A DNA stretch of 64,000 nucleotides from Chiloscyllium plagiosum (lineage: Eukaryota). This document shows, piece by piece, positions 12,370-24,980 of the stretch (its first letter is position 1; each line of letters opens with the position of its first letter). The notes beneath the pieces are model-generated. The model was not told the DNA's origin, did not search any database, and saw only the letters and a program-made list of their open reading frames with translations. A program made the position numbers and the translations under genes. The stretch lies in assembly GCF_004010195.1 (NCBI RefSeq), contig NC_057749.1, forward strand, positions 15,078,583-15,142,582, in the 5' to 3' direction.

Positions 12370-12595
12370 CAAAGACAGAAGCTGCTGGAAAAGCTCAGCA
12401 GGTCTGGCAGCATCTGTGAAGAGAAATCAGAGTTAACCTTTTGGGTTGAGTGACCCTTCATCAGAGCTCTGTGTTCCGAGGAAGGGTCACTGGACCAAAA
12501 ATGTTAACTCTGATTTCTCTCCACAGATGTTGCCAGACCTGCTGAGCTTCTCCAGCAAATTCTACTTTTGTTTCTGATTGACAGCATCTGCAGTT
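12370..12595. mobile_element. Palindromic short element, Penelope-like-derived, decayed hammerhead motifs
   Basis: About 95-bp inverted arms (gctggaaaagctcagcaggtctggcagcatctgtgaagagaaatcagagttaac and its reverse complement). Minus-strand CTGATGA at 12458-12464. Confidence 0.75.
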
Positions 12596-13034
12596 AAGTC
12601 GGTTTTTGCCTTGGTCAGTACGTTGCAGTGAGTGCATTCTTTTCCTGAGAGACGCTCATCCACATTTCCTTAAAGGTCAGCCCCGAATAAATGCACACAG
12701 GTCTCAAACCTGACAACCAGGACTGAGCTCCCACAACCCACTGCACAGCAACCTGTGGGACTCTGTGCTCAGGTGACATGACCAGGCTAGCCGCAGGAAA
12801 ACAGCTTCAGAAACACATGTACTCTAGACTACTCCCCGACATCACCACCACCCCATCCCCACCAGCCCTCTCAGGGATAGGGTCTTTACTTCCCAACTTG
12901 CCACGTCAAGCTCCCGATGTGAGCTACTTCTTCCACCCACAGAGCTGACACATCTTGACCAAACATCCTCTGGCACAACGGGGAGACATTCTGCGAAATT
13001 CTCTCATTTCCTTGCACTGAAACCTCAGGATATT

Positions 13035-13700
13035 TTTCCTTCTTTATTCATTCACAGCATGAGGGCATCACTGTCTAAGCCAGCATTTATTGCCCATCCC
13101 TAATTGCCCATTGCTGTGGGTCTGCAGTCACATGTAGGCCAGACCAGGTAAGGATGGCTGTTTCCTTCCCTAAAGGGCATTAGTGAAACAGATGGGTTTT
13201 CCCAACCATCGACAATGGTTTCATGGTTATCATTAGATGGTGGCTCAGTTGTTAGCACTGCTGCCTCACAGCGCCAGGGACCCAGGTTCGATTCCACCCT
13301 TGGGCAACTGTCTGTGTGGAGTTTGCACATTCTCCCAGTGTCTGCGTGGGTTTCCTCCGGGTGCTCCGGTTTCCTCCCACAATCCAAAGATGTGCAGGTC
13401 AGGTGAACTGGTCATACTAAATTGTCCATAGTGTTCAGAGATGTGTAGTTTAGGTGCATTAGTCAGGGGTAAATATAGAGTAATAGGGCAGGGGAATGAA
13501 TCTTTGGAGGGTCAGTGTGGACTTGTTGGGCCAAAGGGCCTATTTCCACACTGTAGGGATTCTATGATTAGACTGCTAATTCCAGATTTTTCAAATTGAA
13601 TTCAAACTCCACCATCTGACATGGCGGTATTCGAACCTGGGTCCCCAGAGAGTGTCTGGGTTAACAGTCCAGCAATAACACCACTAAGCCATCTGCCTCC
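13035..13700 (-). mobile_element. tRNA-derived SINE (family B, name not assigned) interrupted by an HE1 insertion
   Basis: Reverse complement of the element at 63781-64000 and 56480-56680; split at 13237/13567. Confidence 0.8.
13238..13566 (+). mobile_element. HE1-type SINE with ATTAGA target-site duplication
   Basis: tggtggctcagttgttagcactgctgcctcacagcgccagggacccaggttcgattcc head, V-core and gggattctatg tail. ATTAGA at 13232-13237 and 13567-13572. Confidence 0.9.
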
Positions 13701-13803
13701 CCTCTTCCCCAAATCCTGTACTGGAACTGTTTACCGCGACGTGGGAAAGGAGACTGAAGGATCGCTGTACACATGGCTTGTTACCCAGGCGCGGGCAACT
13801 TAC

Positions 13804-14011
13804 CTCGGCATGAAGATGGAGTTGTGCAGGAAGTTCTCAAACGACTTCTGAAACATGACTTCCTCTGCCTCTGCCTTCAGCTCGTCTGGGGATTTCGGAC
13901 AGGTACAGCACTGCCCGTGCTCCGTTTTCCCAGACTGCTTGGAGTCGGCATCGCCCTCCCCCTCCAAATCGATGGCCCCAGTTGCTGAGATTCTGGTGGG
14001 CAGCTTCATAC
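13804..14011 (-). CDS. INSRR: Exon 10 equivalent (insert domain with CCxC motif and alphaCT helix), 208 bp
   Basis: (G)MKLPTRISATG...GQCCTCPKSPDELKAEAEEVMFQKSFENFLHNSIFMP(R). Acceptor ttttcttccag, donor AG|gtaagt. Confidence 0.93.
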
Positions 14012-14494
14012 CTGGAAGAAAATGGCAGGTGTAGAGAGAGCGCCGTTCACACTATGCTGAGACATCAGACACTTCAAGCAAACAAACTTCACCGCCCTCC
14101 TTTAACTTTCCTTCTGCCGGACTCTGGGGTCTTTCAATGCCTTTCCCGTGGAAACCCATACCCTTCCTAATGGGTCTACCTACACCAGCTCAAGGAGATG
14201 GCTCCCATCACCTTCTCCAGGGCTATTAGGGACAGGCAATCAATGCTAGACCAGCCAGTGATGCCCACCCCCTCCACAAATGAGCAAAAGCAAAATCAGA
14301 ATTTTTTAAAACTTCTTTCACAGGATGTGGGCATCACTGGCAAGGGGCAGCCCTAACTGCCCTCAAACTGAGTGACTTGCAGTTAAAGGTCAACCTCATC
14401 GCTGGAGTCACCTTTGGCCAGATCCAGTAAGGATGGCAGATTCCCCTGCCATCAAGGACTTTAGTGAACAATCGATGATAGCTTCACGGTCACC

Positions 14495-14710
14495 ACAGGG
14501 GGGTTGGTTTGCTCAGTTGTTTGGTCAGCTGGTTTGTTTGAGAGGGTCCAACAGCGAGCACTCAATTCCCGCTCCAGCTGAGGTTTATCATGAAGGACTC
14601 TTCTTCTCAATCTTCCCCCTTGCCCGAGGTGCAGTGACCTTCAGGTTAAACTACCACCAGTTGTCTCTCACGAATAAGAGTAGCCCCATGGTGTGGTAGG
14701 TCTATGGGCA
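14495..14710 (+). mobile_element. Further tRNA-derived SINE-like element (family C) inside a decayed family-B SINE
   Basis: A-box-like gctcagttg and B-box-like ctcaattccc; flanked by family-B sequence at about 14310-14490 and 14730-14830. Confidence 0.5.
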
Positions 14711-15267
14711 CCATTGATGAAACTACCTTTAGGTTTCAGATTTATTCATTGAGGCCTGGTTCCCAGGACATGAACCTGGCTCTCTGGGTTACCTGTCCAG
14801 TGACACTCCCACTGCCGCACTGGCTCTCTGTTCCTCAGCAAAAAAAAAAGTCACGAGAAAATCGAGGATCAAAAAAACCTCTCAAGATTCTGATTGAGCA
14901 AACAGAACAGAAACCAACTGCACTGGTCACTGAGTCACTATCAGAAGACAGAGATTCCAAATTGGTATTGAAGGAGCACAGACTGAGGTTGGGAGAAATC
15001 TCACTACATATTCTAGCAGAGAAGCAGATCCAATATGTTAAAACGGAAACTGTTAATGATGTTAAAAAGAAAAAGATCTGGAAAATGGCACTGGGGTTAG
15101 ATAGCACTATCAGAGAGTCAGTACAGACCTGAGGAATGAATGGTCCCCAGCAACGTTGTGAAACGTTCCCTGACTTTCTCCCTGACTCAGTATCCTTTGC
15201 AATGTGAAGCTGCCACCAGCGAGCCCAGTGTGTCCCTCCTGCCCTCCCTCCCCTTGGGCTCAGTTAC

Positions 15268-15435
15268 CTTTGTGGCAGTAGTCATGCTTATAGAGCTCGG
15301 TGTCCTCTGGCTGCTGCTGCCAACGCACCAGGTAGTAGGTGATGTTACCGTTTGAAAAGGCAGGGGGCTTCCACCTTACGACCAGCTGAGATGAGGAGTT
15401 AGACATAGACAGCACATCGAGGGGGACTGAAGGCA
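15268..15435 (-). CDS. INSRR: Exon 9 equivalent (FnIII-2a), 168 bp
   Basis: (V)[55 protein letters not shown]. Acceptor ttctgtcaccccag, donor G|gtaact. Confidence 0.93.
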
Positions 15436-16120
15436 CTGGGGTGACAGAAAAGAAAACCATTAGAATACCATTAGACACCGTCACCACTGCCTGGTGGTAC
15501 TAGGCCAGAGGTGATTGAGGTACATTATTGCCACCCAGTTCTCCTTTCTGGATTGTCTTTTTTCAAATCAACAGTTCAGAGATGTTATGACACCGCTCCA
15601 GAGAGGTCGGTCTGGAACCCAACTCTATGATTTCCCTGGGAGCTGCGTGGCGTTCTACATATCGCCCACCCTGAAGCCTTACTGACCTTCTCACAATCTG
15701 AGGGAGCTGTGCCCCTGTCACACTACGCTGTGCAAACAAGGGGCACCCGTAAGTCAGCCATGGTGTGGGTGATAGGGTTCACTTCCCTGAAGGACATCGC
15801 AGAACCACTGAGGCCCACATGGTGCATGAAGACCAGCACAGCCCAGTTGGGCTGAAGGGCCTGTCTTTGTAATTTGGAACTAATGCAACCCACTGGGCTC
15901 CGTTACAAAATTCAGACCCTGCCTTTTCTCGGAGTGTGGTCCACAGGTTCCTAACTTCATTGAATTCAATTCAACAATTTCCAACATGGCGAGATAGCCA
16001 TTTCTGCTGCCAGTCTTCTGGAACCACAACCTGTCTACAACGACAACCAGGACTCTCAGAGGGGTAAATGGTGAAGCTTATTTGGAGGAGATTGCAGGTA
16101 TATGACCCAAAGACTGGTAC

Positions 16121-16359
16121 CTGAGGCATTTGTCTTCATGTAGATGATCTCACTCTTTGCCCCATGGTTGCGGCCATCTTCTGAGGTGGCGAGTGTGATT
16201 GCCTTCACAAAAATGGCGTACTGTGTCCAGGGCTTCAGATTTGTCAAATACACCCCAGGCTCTTGGGTCTTGCTCTGGGGAAGGTCAACGTCAACCATGC
16301 TCCAGCTGTTGGAGCCACATGCGTCTTGGCCATCATACTCTGTCAAATTTTGAAAGGGT
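16121..16359 (-). CDS. INSRR: Exon 8 equivalent (FnIII-1), 239 bp
   Basis: [56 protein letters not shown]...[14 protein letters not shown]. Acceptor ttcctttcccctcaag, donor G|gtacca. Confidence 0.93.
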
Positions 16360-17152
16360 CTTGAGGGGAAAGGAAACATAAATGGAATTATCACACAGAG
16401 AACATGCATTAATGAAACACAGCCAAGATCCCAACATATCTTTGTTGCTTTTTCCTTCCTGAATTCCATTAGCAGGTCCAAGGTTACAGGGTAAGTCTCC
16501 TCTGTCACACATTACAAGTGCCCTGTAGATAGACAGTCTGCTGCTCTAAATGTCGGCGCCCTTGACTCTCCAGGACAGGGACATAGCAAGCACCAAGATG
16601 TCTCATTTCTGTTCATCTTCCATTGACTTCGACTGGAAGTCAGTACATCGTACAGGTCACTGGTGAAGCCAGTTTTGGAATACTGCATTCAATTCTGGTC
16701 TCCCTGCTATAGGAAAGATGTTGTTAAACTTGAAAGTGGAATGGCCACTGTCACATAAGTTACGACCACTTGCCTGAGCTGGGGAAGGGATATTGGCTTA
16801 ATGGAGAGGGAATGGTTCACAACGGCTGGGAACTGATTTTATTTTTTCACGGGATGGAAGAGTCATTGACTAGGCCACCGCTTACTGCCGATCCCTAACT
16901 GTCTTCATCAAGCCACCTTCTTGAACCGCTGTCCTCCATGCAGTGTTGATCAAGTCAATGCTGTTAAGAAAGGAGCTCCTGTTTCAGGAAGGGTCAATAT
17001 ATTTCCAAGTCAGCGTGGCGAGTGGCTCACACGACAGGAAGGATGTGGTGTTCCCCTGTATCTGCTGCCCTTGTCCTTGGAGTGCTGCATACAATTGTGG
17101 TTGCCCTGCTGTAGCAAGGTTGTTATTAAACTAGAAAAGGTGCAAAACAGAT

Positions 17153-17566
17153 TTACAGAGGAACCTCGATTATCCGAATGAGATGGGTGGGCACTATTTC
17201 GATCGGATAACTCATTATTCGGTTAATTGATTTCCTTTGGGGCTTGGAGTTTTCTATGAAGTCTGCTCCCAGTTCAGGAGACTAGTCAGCAGCACACTGT
17301 GCACGGGCCCCTGACCCCCCAACCCCGTGTGTGTGTGTGTGTGTCTGTGTGTGTGTGTGTGTGTGTCTGTGTGTGTGTCTGTCTGTCTGTCTGTCTGTCT
17401 GTGTGTGTGTGTGTCTGTGTCTGTGTGTGTGTGTCTGTCTCTGTCTGTGTGTGTGTGTGCCAGGAGGGCAGGAGGTCAGTCATTTAGACACGGTGCTTGG
17501 ACTGTCCAGGACTGTTCTCGGCAGCATCTCAGTGAGCCGAGTTTGTTTTTAATCATTGTACCTGTA
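17153..17566 (+). mobile_element. Possible Tigger/pogo-like MITE containing a (GT)n/(GTCT)n microsatellite (17327-17460), inserted in a CR1 fragment
   Basis: Begins TA-cagaggaacctcgattatccgaa, which resembles a Tigger-type terminal repeat. The right terminal repeat is poor. Confidence 0.35.
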
Positions 17567-17980
17567 GGCTGGGATCTTTTTTCCCTGGAGCGTTGGCGGC
17601 TGAGGGGTGACCTTATCGAGGTTTATAAAATCATGAGGGGCATAGATAGGGTAAATAGACAAGGTCTTGTCCCCAGGGGAGAACAGTCCAAAACTAGAGG
17701 GCACAAGTTTAAAGTGAGAGGGGAAAGATATAAAAGGGACCTAAGGGGCACCTTTTTCACAAAGAGGGTGGTACGTGTATGAAATGAGCTGCTGGAGGAA
17801 GTAGTAGAGGTGAGTAAAGTTACAATATCTAACAGACATTTGGACAGGTACATAGATAGGAAAGGTTTAGAGGGATATGGGCCAAACACAAGCAAGTGGG
17901 ACTAGTTTGGCTCAGAAAACCTGGCAGGCATGGATGAGTCGGGCCAAAGGGCGTGTATCTGTGCTGTGTACCTCTATGAC
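17566..17980 (+). mobile_element. HER1/CR1 LINE 3' end
   Basis: LFSLERWRLRGDLIEVYKIMRG...TRGHKFKV and the tail gtgctgtgtacctctatgac. Confidence 0.9.
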
Positions 17981-18558
17981 CCGAAGTCTCAGGGTTGGTG
18001 AAGACAGCACAATGTGTAGCTGCAGTGCATCATGCTGCACCCCGCTGTGGGGTAGGGGTGGGGGTGGGGTGCTGATGGGATCAGTGGGCTGCTTTACCAG
18101 TGGGCTGGATGGTGACCAGTTTTCTGTTCGTGAGTGTTGCTGGAGTTGCACCCATTCAGGCCATTGGGGAGGAATCCAACGCTACCCCCATCTCCCCGGT
18201 TCTCCCCCCCCCCGCCCACAACACAGCATCTCCACCCTCTCAGAAGCTCAAATGTGACAACACTTATCAAACACAATATGGGAATTACCCCTCAATTTTC
18301 TTCCAAACTTTGTGTCTGGACAGTAGAAGACCAGAGCCGTGCACATTTAAGATGCCAAGGCTACAGGCTAAATTCCAGAAAATGGGATTGGAATAGTTGC
18401 GGGGTTGTTTCCGACCAGCACAGACTCAATGAGCTGAAGGGCTTTTTTCTGTGTTTAAAGACCTGTCTGACTGAATGACTAAGCACTGCATCACCTGCCA
18501 AGCCCAGCTTTGACATCAAACACATACATGCAGCCGCAGCCAATCACCAGAGACTTAC

Positions 18559-18685
18559 GCCTCCTTGTAGTAGACAATAAAGCTGATGAGGTCCCTGTAA
18601 TCTGGAGGCCGATATCGCTCCCATTTCAGTAGTATCCTGTTTTTTGCTGTGGAATTGGCCGTGAACTTCAAGATGTGACTTTCAC
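18559..18685 (-). CDS. INSRR: Exon 7 equivalent (FnIII-1), 127 bp
   Basis: [41 protein letters not shown](A). Acceptor ttttgttacctag, donor GC|gtaagt. Confidence 0.93.
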
Positions 18686-19234
18686 CTAGGTAACAAAAAC
18701 AAAACAAAGATAAGTTTGTAAATGACAATTTGCACAGACCTCCGGGGCTCTGGCACCAATGTCCTGCAATCGTATAGAAATTTCTAGAATCCACTGCCAA
18801 TAAGGCTGGCAGAAGTAGTTTCACTAACTAGGTCCAAAGCGGAACCGAACTAAACTAATTGCATGTGCAGGAGCGAGAACAAGACTAACTGAATTGCTTC
18901 ATCAAGAATGGATATGGCTATGATAGGCTGAATGGCCTCTTCCTGCTTGCTATAGTTTAGTGTCGGTAAATATGGAATTGCACTGTCACTTGCATTTTTC
19001 ATAATGAAAAGACCTCTCCTCCTCACGGAAACAGTTTCCTGAACCCGCCACACGTTTGGGGGGGTGGGTGGGAGCTGGGTTAGAGGCAAATGAATCAGGG
19101 GATCGTGGATCAGAGGAAAACTTTGACCTCTGATCCAGCTCTCCGACATCGCGTCATTATTATGGACCAATACCATCTGGAATAACAAGGAGTTCTGTTC
19201 CTCGGCGAAATTATATTTTCTTTTTAAACATTCA

Positions 19235-19560
19235 AGCATTTATGGGCATCGTTAGCTCGGCCCACATTTATTGCCCATCCCCAACTGACCAGAGAGAACT
19301 TCAGAGTCAACCACATTGCTGTGGGTCTGGAGTCACATGTAGGCCAGACTGGGTATACACGGGCAGCTTCCTTCCCTAAAGGGGATGAGTGAACCAGATG
19401 GTCTTATCTGACAATGGTTTCAAGGTCATCACCGGACTTGTAATTCAAGAAACTTTTATTGAATTCAAATTCCATCATCTACTGTGGTGGGATTTGAACC
19501 CAGGTCCCCACATTATCTGGGTCTCTGAATTAATAATCTAGAGACGATAATACCATGAGA
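19235..19560 (-). mobile_element. Family-B SINE
   Basis: catttattgcccatccc...ccacattgctgtgggtctggagtcacatgtaggccagac...gaattcaaattccatcatc. Confidence 0.8.
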
Positions 19561-20030
19561 TCATCAACTTGGCGAAACTTGGTCCAAGCAACTGAAATAA
19601 TCTCTCAAACAGACCTCACTCTACCAACATAATCTTCTAGTGTTCCCTCTCTCAGGCACAGAAAAACGAAGAGGAGGTTACAGACACAAAACTTTGGGGC
19701 AGTATCTTTGATTCTCGTTGTGGAATTGAAGCAGATTAACCAGAAGACCAGTCCACACCATCCACTAGCCCACAACGGGGCTCAGTATCCCTTGTTCTGG
19801 GGGTGGGAGGGGGTCTCTGCCCACACTTACAGTCTAGTGATCAGGATCTCCTAACATTTGCCACTGGGCTTACAGACAAAAGAAAGGCGTAGACTCAAAT
19901 AAGGAGGATAACTGAGAGCAACACCTTCACATAAGGTGGGAGAAGGGAGTTTGACCATAACAGCCCCCAACCCGCCCAGCAACCACCTCACCGCACCCTT
20001 CGAGTCAGTAGCCAGCTCCAGTGAACTCAC

Positions 20031-20245
20031 AGGACGCTCTGTCTCCATTAGTCCTCTGCTCCATATCTGCATTGCCCTGTCGCCCTTTCACACCAGCCAC
20101 CTCCACCATGCGGTAAATCTCAGATACGCAGAGCTTGGGGTTGAAGGCGAAGTAGATTTTCCCCTGTTTGATGGTGAGGTTGTGACGGCTCCAGTCCCAC
20201 AGCTGCTGAAGGTTCTGGTTGTCCAACACGTAGAAAGAATAGTTC
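20031..20245 (-). CDS. INSRR: Exon 6 equivalent (L2 domain), 215 bp
   Basis: [46 protein letters not shown]...RTNGDRAS(C). Acceptor gaaatgagcag, donor T|gtgagt. Confidence 0.93.
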
Positions 20246-20559
20246 CTGCTCATTTCAACAAGACAAAGCTGGTGAGTAAAACACATGTCCATTTGGAAAG
20301 GGAGCTGCGTTAAAGAGTGCAGCAAAGGTGCAGTAATATTTAGACACAGAAGTGTTCTCTCTGCACTCAACAATGTATTGTAAAGGAGTCACCTTCTAGG
20401 CAGCAGTGTCTATATACCAGCCACTTACCAATCAGCATGATGGTAACATTTTGGGAGCTCTGTACCATGTCGTGCTACATTGGGGATGAAGATAGTCCTG
20501 AATCAGCAGCCTCCAACAGTGTTCAGCTATGGGGTCATCTAGGGTTCAGCAAGGTAACA

Positions 20560-20672
20560 CTCCCGCCCTGGGGGGTCGAGAGCTCACTCCAGAGACTTGA
20601 GCACAAAGTCCAGGCTGACGCTCCAGAGTCAGAACCACGGGAGCACCATACTGTCGGAGGGTCAGCGCTGAG
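20560..20672 (+). mobile_element. DeuSINE-like (SacSINE1-like) 5' fragment
   Basis: cactccagagacttgagcacaaagtccaggctgac...ctgtcggagg resembles the recalled head of this family. Confidence 0.5.
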
Positions 20673-20674
20673 GG

Positions 20675-20900
20675 TGGGGCAACTTTTTCCACACAGGGGG
20701 TGGTGCATGTATGGAATGAGCTGCCAGAGAAAGTGGAGGAGGCTGGTACAGTTACAACATTTAGAAGGCATTTGGACAGGTACATGAATAGGAAAGGTTT
20801 AGCTGGCTATGGGCCAAACCCAAGCAAGCGGCACTAGTTTAGTTTGGGAAACTTGGATGAGTTGGACCGAAGGGCCTGTTCCCTTCCTCTATAACTCTAT
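20675..20900 (+). mobile_element. HER1/CR1 LINE 3' end
   Basis: gggcaactttttccacacagggggtgg...ggaccgaagggcctgtt. Confidence 0.85.
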
Positions 20901-23031
20901 AAAAGAGGGGAAGACTCCAAAGCTGGTTGGAAACACACCTGAGAGCACGTCCACCACGTTTATTGCAAACACATCGGGTCTCCAAGAAATAGAGTGGAAG
21001 GGCCGGTGTGGCTTTGGGGTGGGGATCACTCTATACAGCCCTGCGGGAACACCTTTGAATGGACTGTGGTCTCTTATCACATACTCAAACAAACTCTAAC
21101 AAGGCTTTCTCGAAGAGCTATTCCCAGCACATGTTTTGTTTCCTCGCCCAGACCAGTATAGCTCTGTGACCACTGGGCTGTGTCAGTAAGACACATGATA
21201 CCAAGCAATTCACAACAAACTGGATGGATAGTCAGGCCAACGTGACCTTTCCCATGACCCCACTGCTTGAAGTCAAAGGCCTCCCTGTACGAAGTTCCTC
21301 GTCTGCTTCCGAGTTTAAAGAACTACCCCTTCAGCAATTAGTGCTTTCACCATCTAAAACCGTGCGTTAATTTTGGACACAGGTTAGTTTTAGGGAGGAA
21401 AGAAAGGGAGACATTTAATTACCCTGCTTTGTGAAGTTACAGAAATATTTGTACTTCTCCGTATTTAACCTATTCCCAGCTCTGGATTTGCTTATCCATG
21501 CCTGTCCTTTACTAGGCAATTTTATTTGTGTTTTCTGAATGTTATCTTGAACTTATATCGTACCAGATCCAGCTCTGTAAGACACAGCAGCAGGGGGAGA
21601 ACATTCAGCCCATGAGTCTGCTCCGCCATTCAAAGAGAACAGAGCTGATCTAATAACGATCAAAACTTCTCTTGAAATCTTTTACAATCAATAGATTACT
21701 TTTGAACGAGACAGACAGAAGGCGGCCATTCAGCCCCTCATAAACCTGTTCTGCTATTCAGTTAGACTGTAGTTGCTTTGTACCCTAATGCCATCTATTC
21801 CATGCTATTCCTGGTGGGAGAGACTGGAACGAGGGGAGAGTTCAAAGGCAAGGTGTCTTGTACTTCAGGTGAAGATGAGGGGAATTCTATTCTCTCCAGA
21901 GGTTCAGGGCCCTCAGAAATCTCTTCTGCTGACAGCAGTGGAGGGAGAGTCACTGAACGAGTATAAGGCTGAGGTAGATCGTCTCCTGAGAAACAATGGA
22001 GTCAGAGTGTTTCCGAGGGGAGGCGAGAACTTGGGAGTTGATCAGCCATGATATTACGGAGGGCCAGAACAGGTTCAGAGGGCGGAATGGCCTGCTCCTA
22101 ATTTGCATCTACCTTCAAGAACCTTAGTACCTTTGCCAAAAAATAAAACATTATTTTCGGATCGAGAAATATTCAATTTCTTTTCTTGAACAGCAGAGCC
22201 TTTTGGATGGAAGTGTTCCGGGCTTCTGCAGTGTGTGGAAAACTGCTCCGTGCCATCACCCCTGACTGCCCCAGCTCCGGACTGGGACATGACTCGCACT
22301 TTCCAGCCTCCCTCACCCCACACCGTGTCCTTATAGAGAAGCCAGTTTCTCTCTCCATTGCCAAAACCCTTCGATGGATCAGAAACACCTCAATCAGACT
22401 GCTCCTTAATTTGCAACACTCAGTGCGTATCAGGTGTCCGGCAATGGGGCGGATTGCTAAAGATTAAACCCCACCAATGCGGGAAAATGGTTTTGAGGTG
22501 ACAGTTCAGCCGCAAACCTGCTCGAATGGCAGGGCAGGCTAGAGGGGCCGAGTGGCGTACTCCTGATCCTCTTCCCTACCCTCCTCATAATAATAACCCC
22601 TGCATTATTCTGAAGGTATACAGACAAACAGAGTCACCAAGCTGCAGAGAGGAAAGGTCTGCACACAGCGGTGTGATAAAATGACCAAACCACCAAGCAT
22701 TGGGTGAGATGTTTGAGGGATACATGATGACTACAAGGTGAATACTGAAAGGGCAGAGGAACTACTGGCCGGGGGCTTTGGAGAATGGTTCATGCTTTAC
22801 CTTAGGGACCCAGTCAAGGTCACTGCAGCAGGTAGTGCTATGCTAAGACTACAATGGTGGTTATTAAAATTCACTGCTAAATGAGCTGAAAACATTCAGG
22901 TGCCAAACAGGTTGAGCACTGGACAGCTCTATTTGCATTACAATGGCACGCAAGGTGATAGTCTGATCAAATCACGTTAGTTTCGGTCACATTGCTAGAG
23001 GGATACATGTTGACTAAGACTTAAAAGTTAA

Positions 23032-23540
23032 AGTGTCACACAGCACTGAAACAGACCCTTCGGCCCAACCCGTCCATGCTGACCAGATATCCCAACCCAA
23101 TCTAGTCCCACCTTCCAGCACCCGGCCCATATCCTTCCAAACCCTTCTTATTCATATACCCATCCAGATGCCTTTTAACTGCTGTAATTGTACCAGCCTC
23201 CACCACTTCCATACATGTACCACCCTCTGCATGAAAATGTTACCCCTTAGGTCATTTTTAAATCTTTCCCCTCTCATCTTAAACCTATGCCCTCTAGTTT
23301 TGGACTCCCCCACCCTAGAGAAAAGACTTTGTCTATTTATCCTATCCATATCCCTAATGATTTTATAAACCTCTGTAAGGTCACCCCTCAGCCTCCGACG
23401 CTCCAGGGAAAACAGCCCCAGCCTATTCAGCCTCTCCCTACAGCTCAAACCCTCTAGCCCAGGCAACAGCCTTGTAAATCTTTGCCGAACCCTTTCGCGT
23501 TTCACAACATCTTGCCTACAGGAAGGAGGCCAGAATTCCT
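23032..23540 (-). mobile_element. HER1/CR1 LINE 3' fragment
   Basis: ORF 23152..23562: [35 protein letters not shown]. Confidence 0.9.
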
Positions 23541-23727
23541 CAAACTGTGGGGCGAATTTCAAGAGGGAGCTCAGGGCTGAGGAATGGGCGACGTGGAGAG
23601 GAGTTGTTGCTGTATGTTTTAAGGGGTCTCGTCAGAGTCAGTGCAGCTGAGACTGAGCGAGGGCAGGCATCTCTCCCACCCCCCCCCCGCCCACCCCGCA
23701 CCCCCCTCCCCCCAGTAAGGCACTCAC

Positions 23728-23872
23728 CCTTCCAGCTGATCCTCGCCATTGATGTAGCGCAGACTCTTGAAGAAGGAAAGCGAGACCAGGGCATACGAAT
23801 GGCGGATTTTCACGTACCCCGAAATGGTTTCTATCAGCCCCAGGTTTGCCTCCAACTCTGCTGCGATATTGT
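23728..23872 (-). CDS. INSRR: Exon 5 equivalent (L2 domain), 145 bp; its frame is not shown in the ORF track
   Basis: Manual translation: (N)[47 protein letters not shown](G). Acceptor ttcctgttccaccag, donor GG|gtgagt. Confidence 0.93.
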
Positions 23873-24184
23873 CTGGTGGAACAGGAAGCAGAGACTGAAG
23901 TTAAGAGTCCTGGCCTTCAGCCACAAAACCGACGGCGAGCTACGTTTCTGTACATTTGGAGTGTCTGGCAGACTATCGCGGCTGAGTAACAGATTGCTTC
24001 TGTCAGGGGAAGAACTCTCCTGGTTCAAAAGGGTCCCAAATTAACCCGATTCGGAGCACCCCCACGCAGCAGTGAAATCGCTCCTGCAAACTGTGGAGGT
24101 TAGTTTAGAAACAGAATGAGTTGGCAGTTGGGGATCAGACTTCTCATCGCTCGTCCAGCTGTCTCAGGCTCACACCATGGCCAC

Positions 24185-24585
24185 GGCGATTGGTGGAGGG
24201 GGGGGGGGGGCAGTATAATGGTCAAACACTCCACTGGTCACCCAGAGGCTTAGGACAGCGCCATTAGAGCATGGGTTCAAGCCTAACCACATCAGCTAAT
24301 GGAATTTAAACTCAACAAACTAAATGCAGAATAAAGAACTTGTCTCTGTAACAGTGGCTGTGCTAACTACCCACTGCAGTGAAATCCCATTGAGATCCCA
24401 CATGTTTGCAAGGGAAGGAAATCTGCCACCCTTACCTGGTCTGGCCTACACGTGACTCCAGACCCACAACAATGTGGTTGACTCTTAACTGCCCTCTGAA
24501 ATGGCTGAGGACCCCTCTCCGTTCAAGGGTAATGAGGGTCAGGTAAGGTATCCTGGCCTTGCCACCCACATCACATGAACGGATA
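24185..24585 (+). mobile_element. Decayed family-B SINE
   Basis: agggaaggaaatctgccacccttacctggtctggcctacacgtgactccagacccacaacaatgtggttgactc core. Confidence 0.7.
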
Positions 24586-24980
24586 CACCTTTAAAGAGAG
24601 ATGCAGGGGCCCAAATCCAAGCAGGTGTGCACTGGGCCGGCTGGGGGAGGTGGTCTCTGTGTGCGTGGTGTGATTCTCAGGCGTTAACACTCCAGAAGTG
24701 ACCGTAACTCAGCAACAAACTAACCAATACAGCCAGAGGTCAGCCTGGACCTGGGATGCTGGAACGCTGGGTCCAGAGACAGTCTGATCCGGGCTCAGCT
24801 GCCAAGGCTTTCTGATGGTCAGTGTGGGACAGATGGACAACACAGCCACTCGGACGATGAGCAAGAGCCCAAATTGAAAGTGAGACTTTCCAAGAAGGAA
24901 CCAAGGGAAGAGAAGGGGGCGGGATGCAGTGAGTGTGCCTCAGGAACCGAACTCCTCGGAGCGTGTCGGTGTGTACTTAC

